From: Abditibacteriaceae bacterium
GTDB lineage: Bacteria > Armatimonadota > Abditibacteriia > Abditibacteriales > Abditibacteriaceae
Direction: 5' to 3'
DNA length: 64,000 nt
NCBI GenBank assembly: GCA_965277285.1
Contig: OZ255721.1
Span: forward strand, 960,001-1,024,000
Shown here: in pieces, positions 1-12,578 of the stretch
How positions within the stretch are numbered: position 1 is the first letter of the stretch
Layout: each line of letters begins with the position of its first letter
Notes under the pieces: model-generated
What the model was told of the DNA's origin: nothing
Database searches by the model: none
The model's input: only the letters and a program-made list of their open reading frames with translations
Translations under genes and position numbers: made by a program

Positions 1-946
1 GACCAAAAAAGGCGTGCATTTTCGCTTTGAAGGCAGCGTCGCGGGCGGCATTCCCATTGTCGCGTCCTTGCGCACCAGTCTGGTCGGTAACCGCATCACG
101 CAATTGATGGGGATTTTGAACGGCACGACCAATTACATCTTGACCAAAATGACGCGCGAAGGCTTGGATTTCGCCGATGTTCTGGCCGAAGCGCAAGCGT
201 TGGGCTACGCCGAAGCCGACCCGACGAGCGACGTGGATGGTTTCGACACGATGTATAAACTGGCGATTTTAGCCAATATCGCGTTCGGTCAGCGCGTGAG
301 TTTAGACAGCATTTTGCGCGAAGGCATTCGCGGCGTCGGCGCGCGCGACATCGAATACGCGCGCGAAATGGGCTTCGTCATCAAATTGATCGCTCTGGCG
401 CGTCAGCACCCAAACGGCGAAATCGAACTGCGCGTTCATCCGACGTTGCTGCCGCAAAGTCATCCTTTGGCGAACGTCAACGAAGTGTTCAACGGCGTCT
501 TGGTGCATGGCGATGCCGTCGGCGACGTGATGTTTTACGGACGCGGCGCGGGTGCGGAACCGACCGCAAGCGCCGTTGTTGCAGATTTGGCCGAAGTCGC
601 GCGCGACATTAAAAGTGGCGCGCAAATGTTGCAAGATGTGGCGAACGCGTCCAAGTCGGTGGAAGCGAAAATCGAACCGTTCGCCGATGTGGAAACGCGT
701 TTTTGCGTCAGGATGCAAGTCGTGGATCGGCCCGGAATGCTGGCGCAAATTGCGACCGAATTCGGCGTTCAAGGCGTCAGCCTGGATTCGATTGTGCAAA
801 AGAAAAGCGACGGTGAAACCGCCGAAATCTTCTGGATGACGCACCGCACGCGCCAAAGCGCCATGACCAGTTCCTTGCAAGCCTTCGAGAAAATGAACGC
901 CGTGCGCGAAGTCTCGAGCGTGCTGCGGGTTGAGGGCGAAGCGTGA
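1..946 (+). CDS. hom: Homoserine dehydrogenase (5' part outside window) with C-terminal ACT domain
   Basis: FEGSVAGGIP, GILNGTTNYIL, GYAEADP motifs; ACT-like C-terminus; upstream of thrC. Confidence 0.95.
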   Translation, partial: TKKGVHFRFEGSVAGGIPIVASLRTSLVGNRITQLMGILNGTTNYILTKMTREGLDFADVLAEAQALGYAEADPTSDVDGFDTMYKLAILANIAFGQRVSLDSILREGIRGVGARDIEYAREMGFVIKLIALARQHPNGEIELRVHPTLLPQSHPLANVNEVFNGVLVHGDAVGDVMFYGRGAGAEPTASAVVADLAEVARDIKSGAQMLQDVANASKSVEAKIEPFADVETRFCVRMQVVDRPGMLAQIATEFGVQGVSLDSIVQKKSDGETAEIFWMTHRTRQSAMTSSLQAFEKMNAVREVSSVLRVEGEA

Positions 947-990
947 AAGCATCAGAACCCCAAGCGTAAGCGCGGGGTTCTATGAGAATT

Positions 991-1263
991 ATGAACAGTG
1001 TCGTAAAACCAGGAAGCGAAAAGAAGCGCAAACCACCAATTTGTTTCTTGTGCGGTCATCTTTTGAAACCAAGCGAAACAGGAATGTGTTGCAGCGCCTT
1101 TCCGAACGGCGTTCCTGCCGCAATCCGCGAAAACCAGGCCGATCATCGTAAACCTTTTGAAGGCGACAATGGAATTCGCTACAATCCTGTTGGAAACGAA
1201 AACCTTTCGCCGCAGGAAGCTGCCGCATACGCCATTAAACTTTTTGGCGAACTCTCAATGTAA
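991..1263 (+). CDS. Small Cys/His-rich hypothetical protein
   Basis: CxxCxH...CxAFPxGxP...H.KP..GDxGI pattern; fills the hom-thrC gap; start could be 982. Confidence 0.6.
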   Translation: MNSVVKPGSEKKRKPPICFLCGHLLKPSETGMCCSAFPNGVPAAIRENQADHRKPFEGDNGIRYNPVGNENLSPQEAAAYAIKLFGELSM

Positions 1264-1275
1264 ACTCACACTATT

Positions 1276-2397
1276 ATGAACGCCGTTTTCAAAGACCAAA
1301 AACCCAAAACCGAAGACCCTTTGATGTGGCGCGGCTTGATTCATCATTACCGCGAGTATTTGCCGGTCGATTCGAGTACTCGAATTGTGACGTTGCACGA
1401 AGGCAACACGCCGCTGATTCATGCGCCGCGTTTGGCTGGAATTATCGCGCCCGATTGCGAGCTTTATCTCAAATTTGAAGGCGCCAATCCGACTGGCAGT
1501 TTCAAAGATCGCGGCATGACGATGGCCGTCACCAAAGCGCACGAAGACGGCGCCAAAGTCGCCATTTGCGCTTCGACGGGGAACACATCGGCAGCGGCAG
1601 CGGCGTATTGCGCGGTCGCCGGCATTCGTTGCGTGGTTTTGTTGCCGCAAAACGCGATTGCTCTGGGCAAACTGGCGCAGGCTTTGGTTCAAGGCGCGAC
1701 GGTTTTGGCGGTCGAAGGCAATTTCGACGACGCGTTGCGCATCGTGAAAAAGCTGACGGCCAATTATCCGATTGCGATGTTGAATTCGCTCAACCCGTTT
1801 CGCATCGAAGGCCAGAAAACCGGCGCTTTTGAAATCTGCGATTTTCTGGGACACGCGCCCGATTTCCATGCGATTCCGGTCGGCAATGCGGGAAATATCA
1901 CGGCGTATTGGAAAGGTTATAACGAGTACGCGCAGGCTGGAAAAATCGATTTTTTGCCGAAAATGCTGGGCTTTCAGGCGGCGGGCGCGGCGCCTCTGGT
2001 GGAAGGTTGTGGCATCGACAAGCCGGAAACGATTGCGACGGCGATTCGCATCGGTCATCCGGCGCGCGGCGAGGAAGCCTTGCAAGCGCGCGATGCCAGC
2101 GGCGGCCTGATCGAAAGCGTGACGGACGAAGAGATTTTGATCGCGCAAAAACAAGGCGCCAGTTTGAGCGGCATCTTCGGCGAACCAGCGAGCGCTGCTC
2201 CTCTGGCGGGCATTGCGAAACTGTCGCAGCGCGGTTATTTCAAAGCGACGCGCGAAGCATTGGGGCGCAAACCGATTGTTGTCTCGATTGTCACCGGTCA
2301 CGGCCTCAAAGACCCGAACACAGCGATTTCAATTGGCGGCGAACCGACCGTTGTTGCTGCGGAAGAAAACGCTGTTTTGCGCGCCATTGGATTTTGA
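1276..2397 (+). CDS. thrC: Threonine synthase
   Basis: EGNTPL, NPTGSFKDRG (PLP lysine), ASTGNTS, TGHGLKDP. Confidence 0.95.
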   Translation: MNAVFKDQKPKTEDPLMWRGLIHHYREYLPVDSSTRIVTLHEGNTPLIHAPRLAGIIAPDCELYLKFEGANPTGSFKDRGMTMAVTKAHEDGAKVAICASTGNTSAAAAAYCAVAGIRCVVLLPQNAIALGKLAQALVQGATVLAVEGNFDDALRIVKKLTANYPIAMLNSLNPFRIEGQKTGAFEICDFLGHAPDFHAIPVGNAGNITAYWKGYNEYAQAGKIDFLPKMLGFQAAGAAPLVEGCGIDKPETIATAIRIGHPARGEEALQARDASGGLIESVTDEEILIAQKQGASLSGIFGEPASAAPLAGIAKLSQRGYFKATREALGRKPIVVSIVTGHGLKDPNTAISIGGEPTVVAAEENAVLRAIGF

Positions 2398-2503
2398 ACA
2401 GAACCCCAAGCGTGAGCGCGCGGCTAAAGTGACAGCTACGTTAGCCGCGCGCTCACGCTTGGGGTTCTTTGAACAAATCGCGTACTCGATGGCGTAAGGC
2501 GTT

Positions 2504-2998
2504 ATGAAAACTTTCCATTATCTGCCGCCCGCGCCCGAAGAACAAAAGTCTTTTGTCGCACAACTTCTCGGTACAATCGTCGCTCTGGCGATGGTTTTCG
2601 CGGCGTGGTTTTTCTGGCGCGAAACGCGAATGCACGCGATTTTAATCGGCGTCGGGCTGGGCGCGATTTATCTTCTGGCGCAAGTCGCGTGGAAATTGGA
2701 ACTGAAAGCGCAACGCGCGCAAAATGCCGAGATTATTCTGGGCGATGACGATTTACAAATTACGGATCGTCATGGAAAAACGCAGACGCTTCTTATCAAA
2801 GACATCGAAAATTGCGAAGTGCGTGGCGGTCGCCTGGTCGTGATTTACAAAGGCAAACAAGTGCTCGTTGTCGGCGCGCGCGAACTTTTCGATGGCATGA
2901 CTTTGGTGCAGGAACTTTTGGCAAAATGGTCGGGCAAAGATTCTGCGCAAAACGGTTTTCAGCCGCCCAGCAACTTTATTCCGCTTGATCCGCGCTAA
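2504..2998 (+). CDS. Hypothetical membrane protein
   Basis: Two N-terminal hydrophobic helices followed by a beta-rich domain. Confidence 0.65.
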   Translation: MKTFHYLPPAPEEQKSFVAQLLGTIVALAMVFAAWFFWRETRMHAILIGVGLGAIYLLAQVAWKLELKAQRAQNAEIILGDDDLQITDRHGKTQTLLIKDIENCEVRGGRLVVIYKGKQVLVVGARELFDGMTLVQELLAKWSGKDSAQNGFQPPSNFIPLDPR

Positions 2999-3004
2999 AT
3001 TATT

Positions 3005-3259
3005 TTGTTCATCCTTATCTACCTGACTATTGCAGTCATCGTCGTTTTTCTTGTTTCCGTTACGCTTTTCAAAGTTTTCATCGTGTTGATCAAGCAACGC
3101 AAAGAAAACTTTGAAAAATCGACAGGCTTTACGTGCTGCGCGTCGGTCGCTTTGGCATTCGCTGTTTTGACAGGCGTACCACTTCTCATTTACGTCGCTG
3201 TGCCATTGTTGACGCTATTTTTTGAGCAATGGGTTTCGACGTTGCCACATCGCAAATAA
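3005..3259 (+). CDS. Small hypothetical membrane protein
   Basis: Two hydrophobic segments; TTG start; fills intergenic gap. Confidence 0.45.
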   Translation: MFILIYLTIAVIVVFLVSVTLFKVFIVLIKQRKENFEKSTGFTCCASVALAFAVLTGVPLLIYVAVPLLTLFFEQWVSTLPHRK

Positions 3260-3290
3260 TTTCAAGCGACTCATTTCGAGTACTCGATCT

Positions 3291-4178
3291 ATGAACATTC
3301 AACCAATTCGTTCGGGCAAAGTGCGCGAAGTTTATGAAGCGGGCGACAATCTCGTCATCGTTGCTTCTGACCGCATTTCGGCTTTCGATTGCATCCTGCC
3401 GACGCCGATTCCCGACAAAGGCAAGATTCTCAACACGCTGTCCGTCCTCTGGTTCGCGCGCACTTCGCACATCGTCGATAATCATTTGCTGCTGCATCGC
3501 GCGAATGATTATCCTTCGCCATTCAAAGAACACGCGGCTGAACTTGAAGGGCGTTCGATGTTGGTGCGCCGCGCCGAAGTGGTGCCGATTGAATGCGTGG
3601 TGCGCGGTTATCTAGCGGGTTCCGGCTGGATCGAGTACTCGAAAAGCGGCACGGTTTGCGGAATCAAGCTTCCCGCAGGCTTGCGCGAAAGCGATCACCT
3701 TCCTCAACCGATTTGGACTCCGACGACTAAAGCGGATGAAGGCCACGACGAACCGATTACGTGGCATCAAGCGGTCGAAATTGTTGGGCAAGAGCGCGCT
3801 GAAGCATTGCGCGATAAATCCATCGCTTTATACAATTGGGGCGCCGATTACGCACGCGAACGTGGCATTATCCTCGCCGACACCAAGTTCGAGTTCGGTG
3901 TGGCGGATGGCGATTTAATCGTCGTTGATGAAATCTTCACGCCCGATTCATCGCGCTTCTGGGACGTGAACGATTACGTTCCCGGCCAAAGTCAGAACAG
4001 TTTCGACAAGCAATTCGTGCGCGACTATCTGAGTACTTTGGATTGGGATAAAACGCCGCCCGCGCCACAGCTTCCCGCAGAAATCGTGCAGAAAACCAAA
4101 GCCAAATATGAAGAAGCCTACAATCGCCTGACGGGTTTGACGTGGCCGCAGAACGATGTGCGACCTTTGCGCAACTAA
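3291..4178 (+). CDS. purC: SAICAR synthetase
   Basis: GKVREVY, SDRISAFD, ECVVRGY, ADTKFEFG, TPDSSRFW, DKQFVRD. Confidence 0.96.
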   Translation: MNIQPIRSGKVREVYEAGDNLVIVASDRISAFDCILPTPIPDKGKILNTLSVLWFARTSHIVDNHLLLHRANDYPSPFKEHAAELEGRSMLVRRAEVVPIECVVRGYLAGSGWIEYSKSGTVCGIKLPAGLRESDHLPQPIWTPTTKADEGHDEPITWHQAVEIVGQERAEALRDKSIALYNWGADYARERGIILADTKFEFGVADGDLIVVDEIFTPDSSRFWDVNDYVPGQSQNSFDKQFVRDYLSTLDWDKTPPAPQLPAEIVQKTKAKYEEAYNRLTGLTWPQNDVRPLRN

Positions 4179-4259
4179 ACGAACCCGAAGCGTAAGCGAC
4201 GGGTTCGTTACGCACTCAAGTGCTTGCGACATTCCCCAACTCGCGCGCAGAATAACGAT

Positions 4260-4808
4260 ATGAACACGCGCGCTCAACTCCTGCAACGTCGCATTCGATT
4301 CTTGATTTGCTGTTTCGTGGTCGGCCTGGTTCTCAGCGGCTTGACGGCGTTTCCTCTGGTGTGGGAAGTTTCGCTTTTGGCGCGTTGGTTGGGAGTGCCC
4401 GAAGGAAGCAGCGCCGCGCAATTTACCGGTTTGACGTGGTGGATTGTGACGGTGCGCAATGCACTTGTGGAGACGAATGTCAAAGCTCCGTTTTTGTCGT
4501 ATGGCACCGATTGGCTGGCCTTTGCGCATCTGGTGATTGCGACAGCTTTTATCGGGCCATTGCGTAATCCTGTGCGCAACATATGGATCATCGAATGGGC
4601 GATGATGGCGTGCATCGGCGTGATTCCTCTGGCGCTGATTTGCGGGCCATTGCGCGACATTCCCTTTGGCTGGCGCCTGATTGATTGTTCATTTGGCGTC
4701 GTCGGCATCGTGCCTTTGGGTATCGTGTGGCGCTGGATCAAAGAATTGGAAACACTCACATCGAGTACTCGATACACAACGAACGCGCCAAATCATGCGA
4801 TGCCTTAA
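4260..4808 (+). CDS. Hypothetical membrane protein
   Basis: Four hydrophobic segments, YGTDWLAFAH motif. Confidence 0.7.
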   Translation: MNTRAQLLQRRIRFLICCFVVGLVLSGLTAFPLVWEVSLLARWLGVPEGSSAAQFTGLTWWIVTVRNALVETNVKAPFLSYGTDWLAFAHLVIATAFIGPLRNPVRNIWIIEWAMMACIGVIPLALICGPLRDIPFGWRLIDCSFGVVGIVPLGIVWRWIKELETLTSSTRYTTNAPNHAMP

Positions 4809-4858
4809 ACTGCAGGACATACGCACTTTGAGGGTGCGAAATTTTGAGCGGAGGCCGT

Positions 4859-7024
4859 ATGGCGGAACGTGTTCCCAGTCGTTTGTCCGACCGTTTAGAA
4901 GCGGCGCGTCATCAGCGTTTTGTCGGTCGTTCGCCTGAGTGCGAGCTGTTCGAGGCGGCGCTGCAAACTAACAAACCGTCGTTTTGCGTGCTGCACATTT
5001 ATGGGCCGGGCGGCATCGGCAAAACCACGTTGCTGCGCGAGTTCGACCTGCTTTGCCGAACTTACAAAACACGCGCGATTCTTCTCGATGCGCGCGAACT
5101 GGAACCTTCGCCCGTCGCCTTTGAAGCCGCTTTGTCGCAGGCTCTGGCAACTGAACAAGCGCCGCTTGAGTTTCTCAGTGCGCAAAAGCAACGTCACGTT
5201 TTATTGATTGACACTTACGAGCGTTTGGCGCCGCTGGACAATTGGTTGCGCGAAACGTTTTTGCCACAATTACCGGACGGCAACCTGGTGGTTCTGGCAG
5301 GACGCAATCCGCCGCGCACCTCGTGGAAGTTGGACAGCGGCTGGAGTTCGCTGCTGCGCCGTGTACCTTTGCGCAATCTCAGCCCCGAAGATAGCCATTA
5401 TTTTCTCGAAGCGCGCCGTATTCCCGCTGCGCAGCACAATCGAGTACTCGATTTCACGCACGGCCATCCGCTGGCGCTGAGCTTGGTCGCCGATGCCTTC
5501 GATCAAGGTTCTCTGGCGACGAGCCGCGACACGCCGTTTCATCCGCAGGACGCGCCTGACGTGGTGCGCCTTTTGGTCGCGCATCTGGTGGAAGAAGTGC
5601 CGACCGCGACGCATCGCGCCGCTCTTGAAGCGTGCGCCCTGGTGCGCTGGACGACCGAATCGTTGTTAACGCATTTGCTGGAATTGGACGAAAAAAGCGG
5701 CGAAAGCGCGACGCTTTTCGATTGGCTGCATTCGCTGTCGTTCATCGAGAGCGGTGCGCAAGGCGTGATGCCGCACGACATGGCGCGCGAAGCACTCGCA
5801 GCGAATCTGCGCTGGCGCAACCCGCAATCGTATGCCGATTACCATCGTCGCGCGCGGACGTTTTATGCGGCGCAATTAAAAAACGCTTCGGCGAGCGAAC
5901 AGCAAAAAGTTCTGGCCGATTACATTTTCCTGCATCACGACAATTCCATGATTCGCCCTTTTCTGGAATGGCAGGAAAACGGCGATTTAACGACAAGCGT
6001 CGCGCACGAAGACGATTTGCCGACTTTAGCAGAAATAGTGCGCCGTCACGAAGGCGAGCAGTCGGCGCAGCTTTTCGCGTACTGGTTCGCGCGTCAACGC
6101 GAAAACGTGCTGGTATTGCGCACCAACAATGCACAAATCGAAGGATTTTTGTTCGCTTTAGCTTTGCAGCGCGCCAGCGACGAGGAACGCGCACACGATC
6201 CGGCGACGCAGGCGGCGTGGAACTATTTGCAAGGTTCGGCACCGTTACGACGAGGTGAAGGCGCGACGATGTTCCGCTTTTGGATGGCGCGCGAAGCGTA
6301 TCAAAGCGTGTCGCCCGCGCAAAGCCTGATTTTCGTCAACATCGTGCGCCATTACCTGACGACGCCGAGTTTGGCGTCCACTTTCTTGCCGGTCGCGGAC
6401 GCCAACTTTTGGGCGCCGATTTTTGCTTACGCGCACTCGACGCGCCTGGAAGAAGCCGACTTTGCGGTTGACGACCGTTGCTACGGCATTTATGGCCACG
6501 ATTGGCGCTTGACGCCGCCGATGGCGTGGCTCGACCAAATGGCCGAAAACGAGATGTCCGAACCTTCCGCTTCCGCAACTACGAGCAGCGAATCGAGTAC
6601 TCGAAACGCGCCAAGTTCGCCGCTGGCGCCAGTTTTGTTGAGCGAAGAAGAGTTTGCGCTTTCGGTGCGCGATGCGTTGAAGAACATGACGCGCCCCGCC
6701 GTTTTACAAACCAATCCTTTGTTGCGCTCGCGCCTGCTGCTGGAACGCGTCGGGGTTGAGACTGTAACCACATCGTCGCAAAAAATCGCCTTATTGCAGC
6801 AAGTTTTGCGTGAAACGTGCGAACATCTGGCAACCTCGGGGCGGACGGAAAGATGGTACCAAGCGCTGCGCAGACGCTATCTCGAACCAGCGGCGACACA
6901 AGAAGCCGCCGCCGACGAAATGGACGTACCGTTCAGCACTTTTCGTCGCTATCTCAAATCGGGATTGGAACGCGTGACCGAAGAATTGTGGCGTGAAGAA
7001 ACCGGCGATCATCTAACGTATTGA
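4859..7024 (+). CDS. AAA-family NTPase with probable C-terminal HTH (putative regulator)
   Basis: FVGR..E, Walker A GPGGIGKT, Walker B LLIDTYE, GHPLAL; C-terminal TQEAAADEMDVPFSTFRRYL helix-turn-helix. Confidence 0.8.
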   Translation: MAERVPSRLSDRLEAARHQRFVGRSPECELFEAALQTNKPSFCVLHIYGPGGIGKTTLLREFDLLCRTYKTRAILLDARELEPSPVAFEAALSQALATEQAPLEFLSAQKQRHVLLIDTYERLAPLDNWLRETFLPQLPDGNLVVLAGRNPPRTSWKLDSGWSSLLRRVPLRNLSPEDSHYFLEARRIPAAQHNRVLDFTHGHPLALSLVADAFDQGSLATSRDTPFHPQDAPDVVRLLVAHLVEEVPTATHRAALEACALVRWTTESLLTHLLELDEKSGESATLFDWLHSLSFIESGAQGVMPHDMAREALAANLRWRNPQSYADYHRRARTFYAAQLKNASASEQQKVLADYIFLHHDNSMIRPFLEWQENGDLTTSVAHEDDLPTLAEIVRRHEGEQSAQLFAYWFARQRENVLVLRTNNAQIEGFLFALALQRASDEERAHDPATQAAWNYLQGSAPLRRGEGATMFRFWMAREAYQSVSPAQSLIFVNIVRHYLTTPSLASTFLPVADANFWAPIFAYAHSTRLEEADFAVDDRCYGIYGHDWRLTPPMAWLDQMAENEMSEPSASATTSSESSTRNAPSSPLAPVLLSEEEFALSVRDALKNMTRPAVLQTNPLLRSRLLLERVGVETVTTSSQKIALLQQVLRETCEHLATSGRTERWYQALRRRYLEPAATQEAAADEMDVPFSTFRRYLKSGLERVTEELWREETGDHLTY

Positions 7025-7304
7025 CAGAATTTTCCATAGCGCAAGTTTGCTGACCCATGCTTCCTCAAGTACGGACATTTTTAAGTACAGACATCTTTAC
7101 CAAACTTGCGCCAGCGGCGATTTGAACATTTTCTTCGTGCTAAGACACTTTCACTTAGATCGGGCACAAATTGAACATTTTGTGGCATGGTTAACGCTCA
7201 ATAGAGGCGCGACACTTAATCCTATCTTGAGGTCATTTACGACGCGTCGTGGTCGCAGGCGTGGTTGTTTCCCAAGCGGGGTTGTTGAAGACAAAGGAGA
7301 ATTT

Positions 7305-8369
7305 ATGTCACAGGAACAGTTCATTTCGCAAGACCCATCGAAGACAGAAGAATTGATGAAATCCGTCAAAGAACAGCGTACGTCGTCGCGTCGCCATTTT
7401 CTGGCGCAGGCGGGCTTGGCGGGCTTAGGCGTTATGGCCGCCGGACAACTGGGTGCTTCGGCGCAATCAGCCCGCTTAAGTAGTGTCCCGGGCGGGTTCG
7501 ACAACCTGAACGATACCCAGATTCTCAACTTTGCCTTGAATCTGGAATATCTCGAAGCCGAATTTTACGTGCGCGCCGCTTTTGGCACGACGCTTGGCGC
7601 TTCCGATATTTCGGGACGTGGCAACAACGGCAATAGCACAACGCCTGGTACCGTGACAGGCGTCAGTTCAACTCCAGCGGGAGATCAGGTTCCCTTTGCG
7701 AATACGACTCAGGATCAGATCATTCGCCAGTATGCCGAGGAGATCGCCACCGACGAACTAACGCACGTTCGCCTGTTGCGTGGCGCTCTGGGCAGTGCTG
7801 CCGTGGCGCGCCCAACGCTTGACATCGGCCCGGCTTTTACTGTGGCTGCGCAAGCTGCCGGAGTCATTACTTCAACGCAAACCTTCAACCCTTACGCCGA
7901 CTCAACCAGCTTTCTGCTGGGCGCCTTCATCTTTGAAGATGTGGGTGTAACAGCTTATCGTGGCGCTTTGAGTTTGCTCAGCACTCGCGCGAACATTTCT
8001 GTTGCCGGTGGTTTGCTCGGCGTTGAAGCCTACCACGCCAGCGAAGTGCGCACCGTTTTGTTTGGTCTTGCCAGCTCCACGGATGGCGGTTCGTCCATTA
8101 TTGATGCTGTGCAAAAAATCTCCAATCTGCGCGACGGCGCCGATGGCACAGTTGATGACGATCAGGGCATCACCAACGACGACACCGATCAAAACGCAAC
8201 TGTCGGCACCGGCGTTGTAGGTGCGGCCAATATCGTCCCGACCGATGCTAACGGCTTGGTATATGCGCGCAACCTGCGTCAGGTTCTCAACATCGTTTAT
8301 TTGAACGGCTCCATCACATCACATTCGGGCGGCTTCTTCCCCAATGGCTTAAATGGCCGCGTGCGCTAA
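7305..8369 (+). CDS. Ferritin-like domain protein with Tat-type signal (desiccation-related family)
   Basis: SRRHFL twin-arginine motif; LNFALNLEYLEAEFY, DELTHV, FEDVGVTAY, VEAYHA; AAGGAG RBS. Confidence 0.85.
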   Translation: MSQEQFISQDPSKTEELMKSVKEQRTSSRRHFLAQAGLAGLGVMAAGQLGASAQSARLSSVPGGFDNLNDTQILNFALNLEYLEAEFYVRAAFGTTLGASDISGRGNNGNSTTPGTVTGVSSTPAGDQVPFANTTQDQIIRQYAEEIATDELTHVRLLRGALGSAAVARPTLDIGPAFTVAAQAAGVITSTQTFNPYADSTSFLLGAFIFEDVGVTAYRGALSLLSTRANISVAGGLLGVEAYHASEVRTVLFGLASSTDGGSSIIDAVQKISNLRDGADGTVDDDQGITNDDTDQNATVGTGVVGAANIVPTDANGLVYARNLRQVLNIVYLNGSITSHSGGFFPNGLNGRVR

Positions 8370-8710
8370 ACGCTGTGCGTTAAACGCTTTCAGAAGTCAT
8401 TTTCCTCTCCACCCAAAGTCTCATCGAGTACTCGATACTCGGTGGGACTTTGGCGTTTTTGTTTCCGGAACCTTTGGTTCTCGCGCCATTGACCTTGACA
8501 GCGTTCTCGAAAAACTCGAAGCTCATCGCGGGAAGAATTTTCGCTTTACCCGAGTTTTCGATTCTTACAGGGGCTTGGCTGATCTCCGGCAACGAACCCG
8601 AAGCGTCAGCGACGGGCTTACATGGGAGTTTCATGTAGTCGTCACTTAAGCCCGTCGCTGACGCTTCGGGTTCGTTAATCTCACTTCATTGAGCGTCTGC
8701 CTCGATCTTC

Positions 8711-9772
8711 ATGGTTTCCACGCTTGCCCCCGATTTTTCGCTGCTTCCACCCGACGAGCGCGTTCTGGTTGCCATCAGCGGCGGCGCCGATTCACTCGCG
8801 CTTTTGCTGGCTTTGCATGAGAAACGAGAAATCGGCGCAGCGCACGTCAATCACGGTTTGCGTGGTCAGGAAAGCGATGAAGACGAACGTTTCGTCGTCG
8901 CTTTGTGCCGCGATCTGAACGTTCCTATTGTGACGCGGCGCGTTCAAATCGCGTTAAAGAACGGGCGTTTTTCGGAGAACGAAGCGCGTGTTGCGCGTTA
9001 CAAAGCCTTGCGCGAAACGGCAGACGCAACCGGTTGTTCCATCATCGCAACCGGACATACAGCGAACGATGTTCTCGAAACGGTTTTATTGAACCTCGCG
9101 CGCGGCGCAACGGTGAGTGGTTTGGCAGGAATTGCGCCTTGTCGAGTACTCGATGCGCAGGTTCGCGTGGTGCGACCGATTCTAAGCGCGACACGAACAC
9201 AAACCGAAAACCTTTGCCGCGCGGCGAACATCGTCTGGCGCGAGGACAGCAGCAACGCCAATCGGGAACTGAAGCGCAATCGCGTGCGCCACGAAATCGT
9301 GCCACTTTTGTGCGAAGTCGGAAATAAGAACGTCGATGTTCTGGCGCGACAAAGCTGGAGCGCCGCGCAATTGTGGCGCGACGATTTGCAATATCTGGAC
9401 GAAGCGGCCAAAGCGTTGCTTCATTCGTTGGAAGTTCGCACACGCCCCAACGTTCTGACGCTCGATGGTCTGGCGTTTCAAGATTTGCCGTTGTCTATGC
9501 AGCGCCGCGTTTTGCGCTTGGCCATCGAAGAAATTATGGGTGAGAACGCGCCAAAAAGCGAAATTGGCAGCAAACGAATCGAGGAAATACAGCGTCGTAT
9601 CGCGGCCCATGAGCGGCGCGCAGTTTGGCAAATATCGAGCGAAATCTTTATCGAATGGACAGGCGTGAAGTCGGGGAACCGCATCCGCTTGTGGCGCGTT
9701 GAAAGAAGCATGTCCGAGCGCGCGAAAAAGGGCGACAAAAATGCGGAAACCCGTCCGCCGACCTTGCTATAA
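8711..9772 (+). CDS. tilS: tRNA(Ile)-lysidine synthetase
   Basis: SGGADS PP-loop, HVNHGLR, TGHTAND, RNRVRH; adjacent to ftsH. Confidence 0.93.
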   Translation: MVSTLAPDFSLLPPDERVLVAISGGADSLALLLALHEKREIGAAHVNHGLRGQESDEDERFVVALCRDLNVPIVTRRVQIALKNGRFSENEARVARYKALRETADATGCSIIATGHTANDVLETVLLNLARGATVSGLAGIAPCRVLDAQVRVVRPILSATRTQTENLCRAANIVWREDSSNANRELKRNRVRHEIVPLLCEVGNKNVDVLARQSWSAAQLWRDDLQYLDEAAKALLHSLEVRTRPNVLTLDGLAFQDLPLSMQRRVLRLAIEEIMGENAPKSEIGSKRIEEIQRRIAAHERRAVWQISSEIFIEWTGVKSGNRIRLWRVERSMSERAKKGDKNAETRPPTLL

Positions 9773-9905
9773 TTAAGAGGTTCGACACGCTCGACATTCC
9801 CCACTAAAGCGCGACGTTCGGTTGTTTCAGGTTACTCCAATCGAGTACTCGAAATGCGGCGAAGCGACATTCCAGAAAGTTCAGTGAGAGCCAGGAGGCA
9901 CACCT

Positions 9906-11864
<1,959 letters not shown>

Positions 11865-11884
11865 TCAGTTGACGTTTGACGAAC

Positions 11885-11918
11885 AAAGCGGCGCATCGAG
11901 TACTCGATGCGCCGCTTT
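11885..11918. terminator. Bidirectional intrinsic terminator hairpin centred on TCGAGTACTCGA
   Basis: AAAGCGGCGCATCGAGTACTCGATGCGCCGCTTT perfect palindrome between convergent genes. Confidence 0.8.
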
Positions 11919-11920
11919 CG

Positions 11921-12514
11921 TTATGAACGAGGCAAAGACAACTTCAAGTTTCTGAGCAGCTTGTACTCGCCGTTTATACCATACAGCGAGCGGTCGTAAA
12001 TGATGAACCGGCCATCGGCAGAAACACTGCGTACATCGAACATCTCCGATTCATAGGGTGAGCGAATCTCGTGTTTCAACTCGCGTCTCAAAACGCGCTT
12101 CGATTTTCCCGTCCACAGCGTTATTTGTGGAACCGCCTCACCACCACCTGACGAAATGACAAGCCAATGACCGTGCTTTGGCACCCACGCGACGCCATCG
12201 GCCTCGACGTAGGTTTTAGAAACCACATCTTTGGATCGGAATGTTGGTGTTTTGGTCTTGGTTTTGACGTAACGATAAACTTGCAATCTGGCCACTTCGC
12301 CATCGCCACTCATCAAACGCACGATATACTTTCCGTCAGGTGACACACGACGTACTTCCGCATAAATATGATTGCGTGGGTTTGCGCCATAGTTAATTCC
12401 TTTTGATGCTTGGTCAAAAGCCGGAATCAATTTCGGCGTGACTTGGCGAGAAGTTGCGCTACTTGCGCCAGCCCATAAAATCAACAATGGTAGAATGAAT
12501 GTTTGTGTTTTCAT
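11921..12514 (-). CDS. Hypothetical secreted protein
   Basis: Signal-peptide-like N-terminus; SPDGK and SADGR propeller-type motifs. Confidence 0.65.
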   Translation of the reverse strand: MKTQTFILPLLILWAGASSATSRQVTPKLIPAFDQASKGINYGANPRNHIYAEVRRVSPDGKYIVRLMSGDGEVARLQVYRYVKTKTKTPTFRSKDVVSKTYVEADGVAWVPKHGHWLVISSGGGEAVPQITLWTGKSKRVLRRELKHEIRSPYESEMFDVRSVSADGRFIIYDRSLYGINGEYKLLRNLKLSLPRS

Positions 12515-12578
12515 AATCTTTTTTCTCCAGCATCATTGTGCCATAATTTTATATTTTACAAGACACTTGCAATTACCA

